Counted from the stretch's first letter, positions 22,996 to 32,141 are shown. The stretch is 40,261 nucleotides of DNA from Candidatus Omnitrophota bacterium (GCA_016206675.1 JACQRD010000080.1:1-40261); one strand, 5' to 3'. Numbers and translations: made by a program. The notes: generated by a model not told the origin, from the sequence alone.

Positions 22996-23666
22996 CGGCG
23001 ACGGGGCCGCATCAGCGCCACGGCGATCATACCGGTGATGAAGCCGCCGATGTGCGCCCAAACAGCCACGCCGCCCACATCGGCCACCTGGCCGATCGTC
23101 GTCACGCCAGAGACCCACTGCAACAGAAACCACATCCCGAGAAAGAGCGACGAGGGCAGCTCCATCCGCTCCAGGAAAAAGCCCAGCGGCACCAAGGCGA
23201 TAATGCGGGCCGTCGGAAACATCAGCAGATACGCCCCGAGGATGCCGGCAATCGCGCCGCTGGCCCCCACCATGGGGATGGAGGAGCGCGGCGTGATGAG
23301 CATCTGGGTCAGCCCCGCGGCGATGCCGCTGCCGAGATACAGCAGCAGAAACCGCACATGGCCAAGCCGGTCTTCGACATTGTCGGCGAAGATCCAGAGA
23401 TACAGCATGTTGAAGCCAAGATGCAGCACACTGCCGTGCAAAAACTGCGAGGTCAGCAGCGTCAAAAACAGCTGCGGCCAGTCCAGCAGGTCGCTCCACT
23501 GGCTGACGATCCAGTGGGAGGGCACCACGCCGAAGCGGTAGACGAACGCTTCCATTGCCGGCCCCTGGCGCAATTGCTGGACGAAAACCAGGATATTGAT
23601 CGTCAGCAGCAGCCGCGTTGCCCCGGGGAATCGCTGAGAGACGATCGTATCGCGGATGGGGATCAT
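22989..23666 (-). CDS. Rhomboid-family intramembrane serine protease
   Basis: GASGAIAG (catalytic Ser) and AHIGGFITG (catalytic His) motifs, with multiple TM helices. ATG 23666 (MIPIRDTIV) is preferred over GTG 23702. Confidence 0.88.
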   Translation of the reverse strand: MIPIRDTIVSQRFPGATRLLLTINILVFVQQLRQGPAMEAFVYRFGVVPSHWIVSQWSDLLDWPQLFLTLLTSQFLHGSVLHLGFNMLYLWIFADNVEDRLGHVRFLLLYLGSGIAAGLTQMLITPRSSIPMVGASGAIAGILGAYLLMFPTARIIALVPLGFFLERMELPSSLFLGMWFLLQWVSGVTTIGQVADVGGVAVWAHIGGFITGMIAVALMRPRRRW

Positions 23667-23953
23667 CCCACCCCCTCTGCCGGCTTGCCGCAGGCAAGCC
23701 ACGAAGCCACTTCAAGCGCCAGTAGAACCTCGATGGTCGTGGCTTCGTAACGGCCTCCAAGGGCAAAAACACGTCGATGGCCGTCGGGCAGAAGTGGTGG
23801 GATCATCCCACCACCTGCCTGTCGCGGCACGTTGCGTATAAAGCCGCGTATGACGTGCCGCGGTCGCGGCGGGTGGTGAGTCTAGAAGAGGTGTCATGGC
23901 ACCCGCCGCGAGTCCCGCCGTACGGCGGGACGCAGGCAGGGGGTGGGATCATC
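23661..23953. repeat. Two tandem ~150-bp units, each bounded by inverted copies of a ~21-nt motif (GATCATCCCACCNCCT.TGCC) and with GC-rich stem-loops inside.
   Basis: Unit 1 is 23661-23807, with ends gatcatcccaccccctctgcc and ggcagaagtggtgggatcatc complementary at 18 of 21. Unit 2 is 23801-23953, with ends gatcatcccaccacctgcctg and caggcagggggtgggatcatc complementary at 19 of 21. Internal perfect stems are 23701-10/23739-48, 23823-32/23853-62 and 23865-75/23900-10, plus a 16-nt palindrome at 23914-29. Confidence 0.8.
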
Positions 23954-23969
23954 TGTCGTGCAGGACGCC

Positions 23970-24791
23970 TTACGCGGAAGGCAGGGCGAGGCCGACCAGG
24001 CAGATCTGCGCGGCGTCGGCAGAGGCCACCACGGCCTCGCGATCCAGTAGGAGGGTCACGCCGGCTTCCATCGCCAGAGAGCAGACCCCGCACGCGGCCA
24101 GCGTGGAGAGCGTCTCCGGGCCGACCACCGGAAGATCGAGCCGCCGGTCTTGTTTCGGCGCGCCGGTCTTCACGACCACCAGCTCCTCCCCCGCCAGGGC
24201 GTGGGCCCGCCGAATGGCCGCATCCGTGCCTTCAAGGGCTTCGACCGCCACGACCACACCGGACTTGACCACGACGGTCTGGCCGACGTCGAAGGCTGCC
24301 AAGGCGCGGGCGACGGCGCAGCCCAGCTCCATGTCGCGCTGCTCCTGCCGGCTCGGCGCGCGCTTCGTCAGCACACCGGCGGGACACAAGAAGGCTTCAA
24401 GGAACGTGGAGGAGTCCAACAGCGTGATCCCTTCCCGCGCCAGCCGTTGGCCGATGGCGCCAATCAGGGCGGGGGCTGAACGGTCTTTGGCTGTGGCCAG
24501 CAGGGCGACCGCTTCAAGGTCGAATGCCGAAGCACCGTCCAGCAGCACCTGTTTGGTCACCTTGCCGGCGAGGACGGCCTGCACGACCCCATGCGCCTTC
24601 AGGCGCTGGATGAGCGCGCCGACGTGGCCTACCGCCACTTCTTCGTAGGCGTCGGCGCAGGCCTGAAGCGGCGCGTTGACCCAGCCTTTCAGGCCGATGA
24701 CGATGACCCGGCGGCCCTGGCGTTTGGCCGCCTCGGCGGCATAGAGGGGAAAGCGCCCTGCCCCAGCAATAATCGCAATCGTCGAACTCAT
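23970..24791 (-). CDS. lpxI: UDP-2,3-diacylglucosamine diphosphatase LpxI (DUF1009 family)
   Basis: N-terminus MSSTIAIIAGAGRFPLY and DLPVVGPETL are typical of LpxI, and the gene sits next to lpxA. ATG 24791 is preferred; the track start TTG 24827 lies in the repeat element. Confidence 0.75.
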   Translation of the reverse strand: MSSTIAIIAGAGRFPLYAAEAAKRQGRRVIVIGLKGWVNAPLQACADAYEEVAVGHVGALIQRLKAHGVVQAVLAGKVTKQVLLDGASAFDLEAVALLATAKDRSAPALIGAIGQRLAREGITLLDSSTFLEAFLCPAGVLTKRAPSRQEQRDMELGCAVARALAAFDVGQTVVVKSGVVVAVEALEGTDAAIRRAHALAGEELVVVKTGAPKQDRRLDLPVVGPETLSTLAACGVCSLAMEAGVTLLLDREAVVASADAAQICLVGLALPSA

Positions 24792-24794
24792 CGA

Positions 24795-24860
24795 GGCTGA
24801 GGGTTCGGGGTTCGAGGTTCGGGGCAAGACCCACAGCCCTCAACCCACAACCCTGAACTC
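24795..24860. repeat. Heptamer-periodic palindromic element of the GGGTTCG/CGAACCC family (copy 2), between lpxA and lpxI.
   Basis: G-rich arm to 24824 (gagggttcggggttcgaggttcgggg), loop caagac, C-rich arm 24831-24860 (ccacagccctcaacccacaaccctgaactc). Pairing is looser than in copies 1 and 3. Confidence 0.75.
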
Positions 24861-24879
24861 ATGATGCAGTTGGCGTGGA

Positions 24880-25674
24880 TTACGCGCGGCAAACGCCGCG
24901 CTTGGACTGCTGAACGAACTCCAGGAGGTGACGGACTTCGGGGCAGGCCTGCGCCTCGCGGGCGGCCTGCTCGAGAGCATGGCGCATGGACAGCTTCGAG
25001 TGGAAGAGGACCTTAAACGCGCGATGGAGCTGCTGTTTTGCCTCAGCGGAGACGTCGGCGCGCCGCATCCCCTCCGTGTTGAGCCCGTAGACCTTGGCCG
25101 GGTAGCCGACGACCGTAGCGTACGGCGGCACGTCCTGGGCCACGCGCGAGCAGCCGCCGATGAAGGAGAGCGTGCCCACCCGCACGAACTGGTGGATGCC
25201 GACCAGCCCCCCGATGATTGCGCGGTCCTCTACGACGATGTGGCCGGCCAGCGCAGCGCTGTTGGCGATCACCACTCGGTCGCCGATCAGGCAGTCGTGC
25301 GCGACGTGGGAATACGCCATGAACAGGCCGTCGGAGCCGATGACCGTCCGGCCTCCGCCGCCTTCGGTGCCGGGATTGATGGTGACGTACTCGCGGATCT
25401 TGTTGCGGTCGCCGATGATCAGCAGGCTCTCCTCGCCGCGGTACTTCAAATCCTGGGGGATGCTGCCGACGACCGCGCCGGTAAACAGCTCGCAGTCCGC
25501 CCCGATGGTGGTGCGGCCTTCGACCACGCAGTGCGTTCCGATGATCGTCCGGGGCCCGATGCGGACATGCTCCTGGATGACCGCATACGGCCCCACGACG
25601 ACCCCCTCGGCCAGCGCGGCGTTCGGATGCACAATGGCCGTCGGGTGGATGGTCGGGCGCGGCGGTGTCGGCAT
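24880..25674 (-). CDS. lpxA: Acyl-ACP--UDP-N-acetylglucosamine O-acyltransferase
   Basis: Left-handed beta-helix hexapeptide repeats and an LpxA C-terminal helical domain. ATG 25674 has GGAG 8 nt upstream. The track start is 25743. Confidence 0.9.
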   Translation of the reverse strand: MPTPPRPTIHPTAIVHPNAALAEGVVVGPYAVIQEHVRIGPRTIIGTHCVVEGRTTIGADCELFTGAVVGSIPQDLKYRGEESLLIIGDRNKIREYVTINPGTEGGGGRTVIGSDGLFMAYSHVAHDCLIGDRVVIANSAALAGHIVVEDRAIIGGLVGIHQFVRVGTLSFIGGCSRVAQDVPPYATVVGYPAKVYGLNTEGMRRADVSAEAKQQLHRAFKVLFHSKLSMRHALEQAAREAQACPEVRHLLEFVQQSKRGVCRA

Positions 25675-25747
25675 GGGGTGCTCCGTCTGGGATCGTGGGG
25701 GTAGTTGTCCGGGCAGCTTCATCGCGCTCGTCGCCCTGGCCATACGC

Positions 25748-27073
25748 TTAATCGCTTAAGGCGAACATCAGCTCGCCTTCGCAGACCACTTTGCCTTCCA
25801 CCAGCGCGCGGGCGGCGACGGTGCCGGTGCGCGATCGCAGCTTGCCCAGCTCCGCCTCCAGCACCAGCACGTCCCCCGGCACCACCGGCTTGCGGAACTT
25901 GACCTTGTCCACCGCCATGAAGTAGGCGAACTTGCCGAGGTTTTCCTGCTTGTTGAGCATGATGATCCCGGCCACCTGCGCCATCGCCTCAATCATCAAG
26001 ACGCCCGGCATCACCGGCCGCCCGGGAAAATGGCCACGGAAGAAATAGTCGTTGATCGTCACGCACTTGATCCCCACCGCCCGGGTTTCGGTCAGCTCCG
26101 TGACGCGGTCGACGAGCAAAAACGGGTAGCGGTGCGGCAGGATCTTCTCGATCTGCGTGATGTCCAGCTGCGGCCCCACCATCACCTCGGAGGAGGCGGA
26201 CTGCAGCGACCCGATCTTCCATTGCTCCATCGCCTGCGTGAGCTTCTTCAACAGCTTCACGTTCAGCGGATGGCCGCTGCGGATGGCGATGACCCGCGCT
26301 CGCAGATGCGCGCCCAGCAGGTAGAGGTCTCCCAGCAGGTCGAGCACCTTATGCCGCGCGCACTCATCTTCGAAGCGGAGGGTGTTGTTCATCACCCCCC
26401 GCTCATCCAGCACGAGCGTATTGTCGAAGTTGGCCCCCTTGCCGAACCCCGCGGCCCGCAGGGCCTCCGCCTCCTCTTTGAGGCAGAAGGTTCGCGCCGG
26501 GGCGATGGTTTGGGCGAAGAGGTCGGCGCCATCCTGCGCGAAGGTGACCATCTGCGACTTCAGCAGCGGGTGAGGGTAGTTGAGCAGGTACGACACTCGC
26601 AAGGTCCGATCCGGCACCAGCGTAATCGAGGCCTCACCGTCCTCCACATGGATCGGCTCGCGCAGGATCACGTACCGTCGCGGCAGCTCCTGCGCCGTCG
26701 TCCCCGCCGCCCTGAACTGCTCCAGGAACTGGATCGCCGAGCCGTCCAGGCCGGGCACTTCGGGGCCCGTCACCTCCACGTAGGCGTTGTCGATGCCAGC
26801 ACCCCACAAGGCCGCCATGAAGTGCTCGACCGTCTGCACCACCACGCCGTCCTTTGAGAGGGTGGTGCGCCGCACGCTTTTGTCGACGTCCACCATCTGC
26901 GCGGACTTCACCGGGATGGCCGGCCGGTGCGGCAGGTCGGTGCGGACAAACACGATGCCCGCATCGGCCGGCGCCGGCAGCAGGCGCAACGACACCGACA
27001 CCCCGGTGTGGATGCCCACCCCGTGAATGACCACGTCGTTCGCGATGGTGCACTGGGGATCCGCAAGACTCAT
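25748..27073 (-). CDS. Bifunctional UDP-3-O-acyl-GlcNAc deacetylase / 3-hydroxyacyl-ACP dehydratase (LpxC-FabZ fusion)
   Basis: The N-terminal ~290 aa are LpxC-like (GVGIHTG, EHFMAAL). The C-terminal ~145 aa are FabZ (LPHRYPFLLVDRV, FFRGHFPGRPVMPGVL). Confidence 0.93.
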   Translation of the reverse strand: MSLADPQCTIANDVVIHGVGIHTGVSVSLRLLPAPADAGIVFVRTDLPHRPAIPVKSAQMVDVDKSVRRTTLSKDGVVVQTVEHFMAALWGAGIDNAYVEVTGPEVPGLDGSAIQFLEQFRAAGTTAQELPRRYVILREPIHVEDGEASITLVPDRTLRVSYLLNYPHPLLKSQMVTFAQDGADLFAQTIAPARTFCLKEEAEALRAAGFGKGANFDNTLVLDERGVMNNTLRFEDECARHKVLDLLGDLYLLGAHLRARVIAIRSGHPLNVKLLKKLTQAMEQWKIGSLQSASSEVMVGPQLDITQIEKILPHRYPFLLVDRVTELTETRAVGIKCVTINDYFFRGHFPGRPVMPGVLMIEAMAQVAGIIMLNKQENLGKFAYFMAVDKVKFRKPVVPGDVLVLEAELGKLRSRTGTVAARALVEGKVVCEGELMFALSD

Positions 27074-27094
27074 TGGCGCATCCGCACCTGCCGG

Positions 27095-27658
27095 TTACCG
27101 GCCTTGAGCCGCCGGCGCGGCGAGGCGGCTGTTGAGCAGCTTGAGCACCCCATCCGTCACATCGTAGCCGGACTGCGCATAGAAGAGCCCCCGCTGGTCA
27201 AGGATGAGGGCGAAGCCGTTCGCCTTGGCGTATTCGTCGATGGCCTTCTGGATATCCTTCAGGATCTCCTGTGCCAGCTTGTCGCGGTCGCGCCGCAGAT
27301 CCCGCGCAGTGCTGGCACGGAAGCGCTGCAACTCCTCCGACTGTTCCTCGACCTCGCGGGACTTCGCCTCGCGCGCGGCGTCGTTGAGCAGCTCCAGGCT
27401 CTGGCGGATCTTCTTCAGGGCGTTGACGCGCGCCTCGAGCTCTGCTTCCTTGGCCTTGCCGCGCTTTTCCAGCGCCGCGTCTTGCGCCTTCGTCCGCTCG
27501 TAGCCGTCGAAGACCTTCGCCAAGTTCACATAGCCAATCTTCAACTCCGCCGCTGAGACAACCGGACACGGATAAGCAGACAGCAGACAGCAGACAGCAG
27601 ACAGTAAAAGCCCAAACTGCCTGCTGTGTGCTGTGTGCTGATTGCTGTATGCTCTCAT
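27095..27658 (-). CDS. skp: Periplasmic chaperone Skp/OmpH
   Basis: Signal peptide, then IGYVNLAKVF and a long coiled-coil region typical of OmpH, located immediately downstream of bamA. Confidence 0.82.
   Translation of the reverse strand: MRAYSNQHTAHSRQFGLLLSAVCCLLSAYPCPVVSAAELKIGYVNLAKVFDGYERTKAQDAALEKRGKAKEAELEARVNALKKIRQSLELLNDAAREAKSREVEEQSEELQRFRASTARDLRRDRDKLAQEILKDIQKAIDEYAKANGFALILDQRGLFYAQSGYDVTDGVLKLLNSRLAAPAAQGR
27575..27653 (-). repeat. Heptamer-periodic palindromic element of the CAGCAGA/CTGTGTG family, translated as the Skp signal peptide.
   Basis: Plus-strand arm 27575-27604 is (agcagac)n, core 27605-27620, arm 27621-27653. The sense strand encodes YSNQHTAHSRQFGLLLSAVCCLLSA. 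Confidence 0.9.
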
Positions 27659-27670
27659 GCGTTGCTCCTC

Positions 27671-30031
27671 TTAGAACGAACGGCTAATGTTGAAATGGAA
27701 CCGGGGCCGCTGCTTCTCGCCGGCGACGTCGCTCAGCGGAAAGCCCAGGTCAAGCCGCACCGGCCCGATCGGCGTGTTGACGCGCGCGCCGACGCCCGTG
27801 CCGGCCTTGAACGTTTCGCCGAAGTCTTGGACCTTCCGCCAGACGTCCCCCACATCGAAGAACACCGCGCCCTTGATGATCGGCTTGCCCTGCTCGTTCT
27901 TGACGATGGTCATCACCTCTTCCATCGTGCCGACCATGGTGGCTTCGCCTCCGATCGGATCGTTCGAGCTCGGATCGCGCGGCCCCACGCGGCGCTCTTC
28001 AAACCCGCGGATCGTGCCGGAGCCGCCGCCGTAAAACCGCTCGAAAATCGGCACGCGCTCCGAATCGCCGAAGGCCTTGACGATCCCCGCCCGGACGCGC
28101 CCTTCAAAGACAAAGCGGCGCAGATGCGGCACGTAGAGGCTGGCCCCCGTCTGCGCGCGGTAGAAATCCCTGTCGGCGCCGAAGGGGCCGCCGGCCAAGT
28201 CGGCCGATGTGAAAAGATAGTAGCCGCTGGTCGGGTCGAGGCGATTGTTGCGCGCGTCATATGCCCCGCTGATGTTGAGCTCGCTGATCGTGTTGCGCCC
28301 CTGCTCGGCTTTCAAATCCGCCGAGGCCTCATCGACCACGTTGGTGATCGACGTGCGAAAGAGCTGGTAGCCCACCGTCGTGACGAGCCGGTCGAAGAAC
28401 TCCTTGCCGAGGCGCACGCCGGCTCCTCGCTGTTCCTCCTCAAACGCCAAGCCCAGGCTGCGGCTGCGCAGGCGCGTGCGGTTGTACACGTCGAGGCCGA
28501 GCGAGACGGGATGCCCGAAGATCCACGGCTCGGTGAAGGAAAGATCGAAATACCGCCGCACTGTGCCGACCTCCACCCGGAAGCGGATATCCTGTCCCGC
28601 CCCGGTGAAGTGGGGGTAGCCCAGCAGGTCGAAGTTGCGCTGCTCCAGCTCCACCAAGCCCACCAACCGGTCGACCGAGGAGAACCCGCCCCCGAAGCTG
28701 AAGCTGCCCGTTTTCGACTCCTTGACCTTCACGAGCAAATCTTCCTGATCCGGCGCGCCGGTCGGCCGGGTATCGACGCTGACCTCCTCGAAATAGCCGA
28801 GGTTGTACAGCCGCTCGATGGATTTGCGGATCTTCGCCCCGTCAAACCGCTCCCCGGGATACGCGCGCAGATCGCGCCGGACGACGATGTCCTTCGTCCG
28901 CAGGTTGCCCTGGATCTCGACGCGGCGGATCGTCACCACGTCATGCTCTTCGATCCGGTAGGTCAGGTTGACCCGCTTGCTCGACGGATCCAACTGCGGA
29001 TCCGGGGTCACTTCCGCACGGATGTAGCCGCGGTCGCCGTAGAACTGCTTGATGAGCCGCAGATCCTCCTGCAGGGCGTCGGTGCTGAAGACCGCGCCGG
29101 GCTTGAGGGTGATCACGCGCAGCACTTCCCGCTCGGGAAAGAGCCTGACCCCCTCCAACGCCACCTGGCCCACCCGGTGCTGCAGCCCTTCGACGATCTT
29201 CAAATGCACCAGCAGGCCGCGTCCCGAGGGGTCCCGGTAGATGGAGTGTTCCGCCTCTACATCCTGGTAGCCGTGCGTCCGATAAAAGGCCCGCACACGC
29301 TCCAGATCCTCCTCCAGCACCTGCTCGGTGTAGGCGCCCGAGGTAAACCAGAACCGGCGCTTCGTCTTCAGCAGCTTGAGGATGCGCCGGTCGGGGAAGG
29401 CCTGGTTGCCCTCCACCAGGACGCGGTGGATGCGCATCCGTGCGCCTTCATCGACCACCAGATAGACCGTCGCCGTGTTGGCCTGCTCATCCGTCTCGGC
29501 CCTCGAGACGATCTCGACATCGGAGAAGCCCTTGCGGGCGTATTCGGCCTTCAGCCGGTCGACCCCCTCCTTGATCCGCCGGGGATCGTAGAGCTCGCCC
29601 GCCTTTACCCCGAAGAGCTGCAGCAGGCGCTCGTGGCGCAAAAACCGCTGCCCTTCCACCTGGATGACACTGATCGTCGGCTTTTCCACGACCATGAACA
29701 CCAGCCGCAGCCCTTCCGGGGTGCGCTCGACCTCCGCCTTGACGTCCGTGAAGTACCCCAGCGCGAAGAGCCGCCGGATGTCCTCGCTGACGATCGCGCT
29801 CTGATAGGACATGCCGGCTTTCGTTTGGACTTTCGCCAGGATGGTCTCCCGCGCGACGGTCTGCGCCCCGCGCGCCTCGACATCGATGACGCGCTCGCCT
29901 TCCGCCGCGCTGACGCGGGCCGCCCCCGCCAAGACGAGCACGGCGGCGGCGAGGCCAGCGCACCCGCGGCGCAGAAACGGCACGTTGCAGCGACTCACGC
30001 GATGCTCGTTACGGCTGGGCCAATGTTTCAA
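27671..30031 (-). CDS. bamA: Outer membrane protein assembly factor BamA
   Basis: 786 aa, with POTRA repeats followed by an Omp85 beta-barrel ending in the terminal aromatic ...NISRSF. The start is uncertain because ATG 30031 overlaps the dnaB 3' end by 23 nt. Confidence 0.93.
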   Translation of the reverse strand: MKHWPSRNEHRVSRCNVPFLRRGCAGLAAAVLVLAGAARVSAAEGERVIDVEARGAQTVARETILAKVQTKAGMSYQSAIVSEDIRRLFALGYFTDVKAEVERTPEGLRLVFMVVEKPTISVIQVEGQRFLRHERLLQLFGVKAGELYDPRRIKEGVDRLKAEYARKGFSDVEIVSRAETDEQANTATVYLVVDEGARMRIHRVLVEGNQAFPDRRILKLLKTKRRFWFTSGAYTEQVLEEDLERVRAFYRTHGYQDVEAEHSIYRDPSGRGLLVHLKIVEGLQHRVGQVALEGVRLFPEREVLRVITLKPGAVFSTDALQEDLRLIKQFYGDRGYIRAEVTPDPQLDPSSKRVNLTYRIEEHDVVTIRRVEIQGNLRTKDIVVRRDLRAYPGERFDGAKIRKSIERLYNLGYFEEVSVDTRPTGAPDQEDLLVKVKESKTGSFSFGGGFSSVDRLVGLVELEQRNFDLLGYPHFTGAGQDIRFRVEVGTVRRYFDLSFTEPWIFGHPVSLGLDVYNRTRLRSRSLGLAFEEEQRGAGVRLGKEFFDRLVTTVGYQLFRTSITNVVDEASADLKAEQGRNTISELNISGAYDARNNRLDPTSGYYLFTSADLAGGPFGADRDFYRAQTGASLYVPHLRRFVFEGRVRAGIVKAFGDSERVPIFERFYGGGSGTIRGFEERRVGPRDPSSNDPIGGEATMVGTMEEVMTIVKNEQGKPIIKGAVFFDVGDVWRKVQDFGETFKAGTGVGARVNTPIGPVRLDLGFPLSDVAGEKQRPRFHFNISRSF

Positions 30032-31361
30032 ATCGGGTGTACTCTTTGATGAAGGCCAGCTTCACGGTCCCGGTGGGACCGTTGCGCTGTTTGGCGATGA
30101 GCACTTCGGCGATCCCTTTGTTGTCGTCCGTCGGGTTATAGTAGTCCTCGCGGAAGAGCATCAGCACGACATCCGCGTCCTGCTCGATGGCGCCCGACTC
30201 GCGCAAATCCGACAGCCGCGGCCGGAACGTCTCCCGGCGCTCCGGGGCGCGCGAGAGCTGGCTGACGGCGATGACCGGCACGGTCAGCTCTCGTGCGAGC
30301 GCCTTCAGCCCGCGCGAGATGACGGAGATTTCCTGCTGGCGGTTCTCCGACACGGAGGACTCGTCCATCAGCTGCAGATAATCCAGGATGACCAGCCCGA
30401 TGTTGTGCCGGCTCTTCAGCCGGCGGGCCTTGGCCCGCAGCTCCAGAATCGAGATGCTCGGCGAATCGTCGATGAAGATCGGCGCCTCGGAGAGCTTCCC
30501 GGCGGCCTTCGTGAGGTTCGGCCAGTCGCTCATGGAGAGCATGCCGGAGCGCACGTTGTGCGCGTTGATCCGGGCGTGGGCGCAGAGCATGCGCTGCACC
30601 AGATTTTCCTTGGACATCTCCAGGCTGAAGACCGCCACGCCCGTCTTGGAGATCAGCGCGGCGTGCTCCGCCACGCAGAAGGCGAAGCTGCTCTTGCCCA
30701 TCGCGGGCCGCCCCGCGACGACGATCAACTCCGCCGGCTGCAGCCCGGCCAGCTGCTGATCCAGCTCGAGGAACCCGGTGGGCAGGCCCGTGATCGCCCC
30801 CTTGCGCTGGTAGAGCGCGTCGATCATCTCGATCGAGCTCTTGATGATGTCCTTCATGGCGATAGCGTCCCGCTTAATCTTCTTCGAGGCGATGTCGAAG
30901 ATCATCGACTCCGCCTTGTCCAGCAGGACGTCCGGATCGCCGGCGCCTTCGTAGCATTCGGTGGCGATCTGCGTGGAGGCGCGGATGAGGCTGCGCAGGA
31001 TGGCTTTCTGCTTGACGATGCGGCAGTAGTGCTCGACGTTCGCCGCCGTCGGTACCACGCTGGTCAGCGTCGCCAGGTAGCTGGGGCCGCCGATCTCCTC
31101 GAGAAGATTGCGCTTGCGCAGCTCCTCCGTGACGGTCACGAGGTCGACCGCCACGCTGGCGCGATAGAGGGCCAGCAGCGTGGAAAAAATCCTTCGGTGG
31201 GGCTCGGCGTAGAAGGCCGCCTCCTCGAGCAGTTCGGCGGCGTGGACGATCGCCTCCTCCTCGAGGAGCATGGAGCCCAGCACGGCCTGCTCCGCATCCG
31301 TATTCTGCGGCGGCAGCCGCTCAACGCTGCTGGGATCAAATGTCTCGAGCTTCGGCGCCAT
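30009..31361 (-). CDS. dnaB: Replicative DNA helicase DnaB
   Basis: PPQNTDAEQAVLGSML N-terminus and Walker A GRPAMGKS. The 450-aa length indicates no intein. Confidence 0.97.
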   Translation of the reverse strand: MAPKLETFDPSSVERLPPQNTDAEQAVLGSMLLEEEAIVHAAELLEEAAFYAEPHRRIFSTLLALYRASVAVDLVTVTEELRKRNLLEEIGGPSYLATLTSVVPTAANVEHYCRIVKQKAILRSLIRASTQIATECYEGAGDPDVLLDKAESMIFDIASKKIKRDAIAMKDIIKSSIEMIDALYQRKGAITGLPTGFLELDQQLAGLQPAELIVVAGRPAMGKSSFAFCVAEHAALISKTGVAVFSLEMSKENLVQRMLCAHARINAHNVRSGMLSMSDWPNLTKAAGKLSEAPIFIDDSPSISILELRAKARRLKSRHNIGLVILDYLQLMDESSVSENRQQEISVISRGLKALARELTVPVIAVSQLSRAPERRETFRPRLSDLRESGAIEQDADVVLMLFREDYYNPTDDNKGIAEVLIAKQRNGPTGTVKLAFIKEYTRFETLAQP

Positions 31362-31366
31362 TCGTC

Positions 31367-31810
31367 CTAGGCTTTCACCACTCGCACTTTCAAGACGGCA
31401 ACCATGTCCCGATGCACCTTGACCGGCACTTCATGAAGGCCCAGCGATTTGATCGGCTGCGGCAGCTGGATGGCATGCTTCTCCACGGCCACGCCGGCGC
31501 GGGAGAGCGCGTCGAGGACATCATGCAGGGTAATGGAGCCGAAGGCCTTGCCGTCCTCCCCGAGGCTCAGCGTGAACGACAGCGCCTGCTGCTCCAATCG
31601 CTGCTTGAGCGCTTCCGCCTCGGCCTGTTGTTGCTTCAGCTTGCGGGCGCGCTGGCGCGTGATCTCCTCAACCGTCTTGACCGCTTCGGGGGTGGCGGCC
31701 ACGGCCAGCTTGCGCGGCAGCAGGAAGTTGCGGGCGTAGCCGGGCTTGACGCGCACGGTGGCGCCTTCGGTGCCTAATTGCTCAACATCTCTGAGAAGAA
31801 TAACGTCCAT
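31367..31810 (-). CDS. rplI: 50S ribosomal protein L9
   Basis: MDVILLRDVEQLG...GYARNFLLP N-terminal domain. Confidence 0.95.
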   Translation of the reverse strand: MDVILLRDVEQLGTEGATVRVKPGYARNFLLPRKLAVAATPEAVKTVEEITRQRARKLKQQQAEAEALKQRLEQQALSFTLSLGEDGKAFGSITLHDVLDALSRAGVAVEKHAIQLPQPIKSLGLHEVPVKVHRDMVAVLKVRVVKA

Positions 31811-31811
31811 T

Positions 31812-31907
31812 ATGAACGCCTGTTCAATAGCTCAATGGTTCATTAGTTCAATGGTTCTGCTCTTTTCGGAACTTCGGCACTATTGAACCATTGAACAAAT
31901 GAACGCC
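31812..31907. repeat. Low-GC palindromic element of the TTCAATGGTTC word family, between rpsR and rplI.
   Basis: A 20-bp stem, gttcattagttcaatggttc with gaaccattgaacaaatgaac, has 1 mismatch. It is flanked by the direct repeat atgaacgcc (31812-31820 and 31899-31907). Confidence 0.8.
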
Positions 31908-31913
31908 TTATTG

Positions 31914-32141
31914 CTAGGCTGACACATATGGCAGCAGTGCCATAAACCGCGCACGCTTGACCGCCCGTGTGAGCACCCGCTGATGCTTCGCGCAGGTGCC
32001 GGTCAGCCGCGACGGCAGGATCTTGCCGCGGTCGGAGACGTACCGGCCGATGCGGTCGATGTCCTTGTAGTCCACCTGGTCGACCTTTTCCGAACAGAAC
32101 CGGCAAGGCTTTTTCACAAAGATGCGTCGAATCGGGGGCAT
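31914..32141 (-). CDS. rpsR: 30S ribosomal protein S18
   Basis: 75 aa with CRFC...IDYKD...LPSRLTG motifs. Confidence 0.95.
   Translation of the reverse strand: MPPIRRIFVKKPCRFCSEKVDQVDYKDIDRIGRYVSDRGKILPSRLTGTCAKHQRVLTRAVKRARFMALLPYVSA

Noticed and set aside
21688-23541. ORF 21688..23541 (+, 617 aa), opposite the methyltransferase and rhomboid genes. The same applies to 27626..30049 (+, 807 aa) opposite bamA, 29811..31370 (+) opposite dnaB, and 34490..36136 (+) opposite prs/glmU.
   Set aside because: All are antisense shadows of strongly supported genes. Their composition is dominated by Arg, Ala, Gly and Pro, with no motifs.
23663-23952. Two ATGA-coupled small ORFs on the minus strand: 23803..23952 (49 aa, MIPPPACVPPYGGTRGGCHD...) and 23663..23806 (47 aa, MIPPLLPDGHRRVFALGG...). 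They tile the lpxI-rhomboid spacer.
   Set aside because: They are not annotated as CDS. About 40% of third codon positions are A/T, far from the strong GC3 bias of real genes here. Their starts and stops are by-products of the repeated GGTGGGATGATCCC motif. They are kept as a hypothesis in the corresponding finding.
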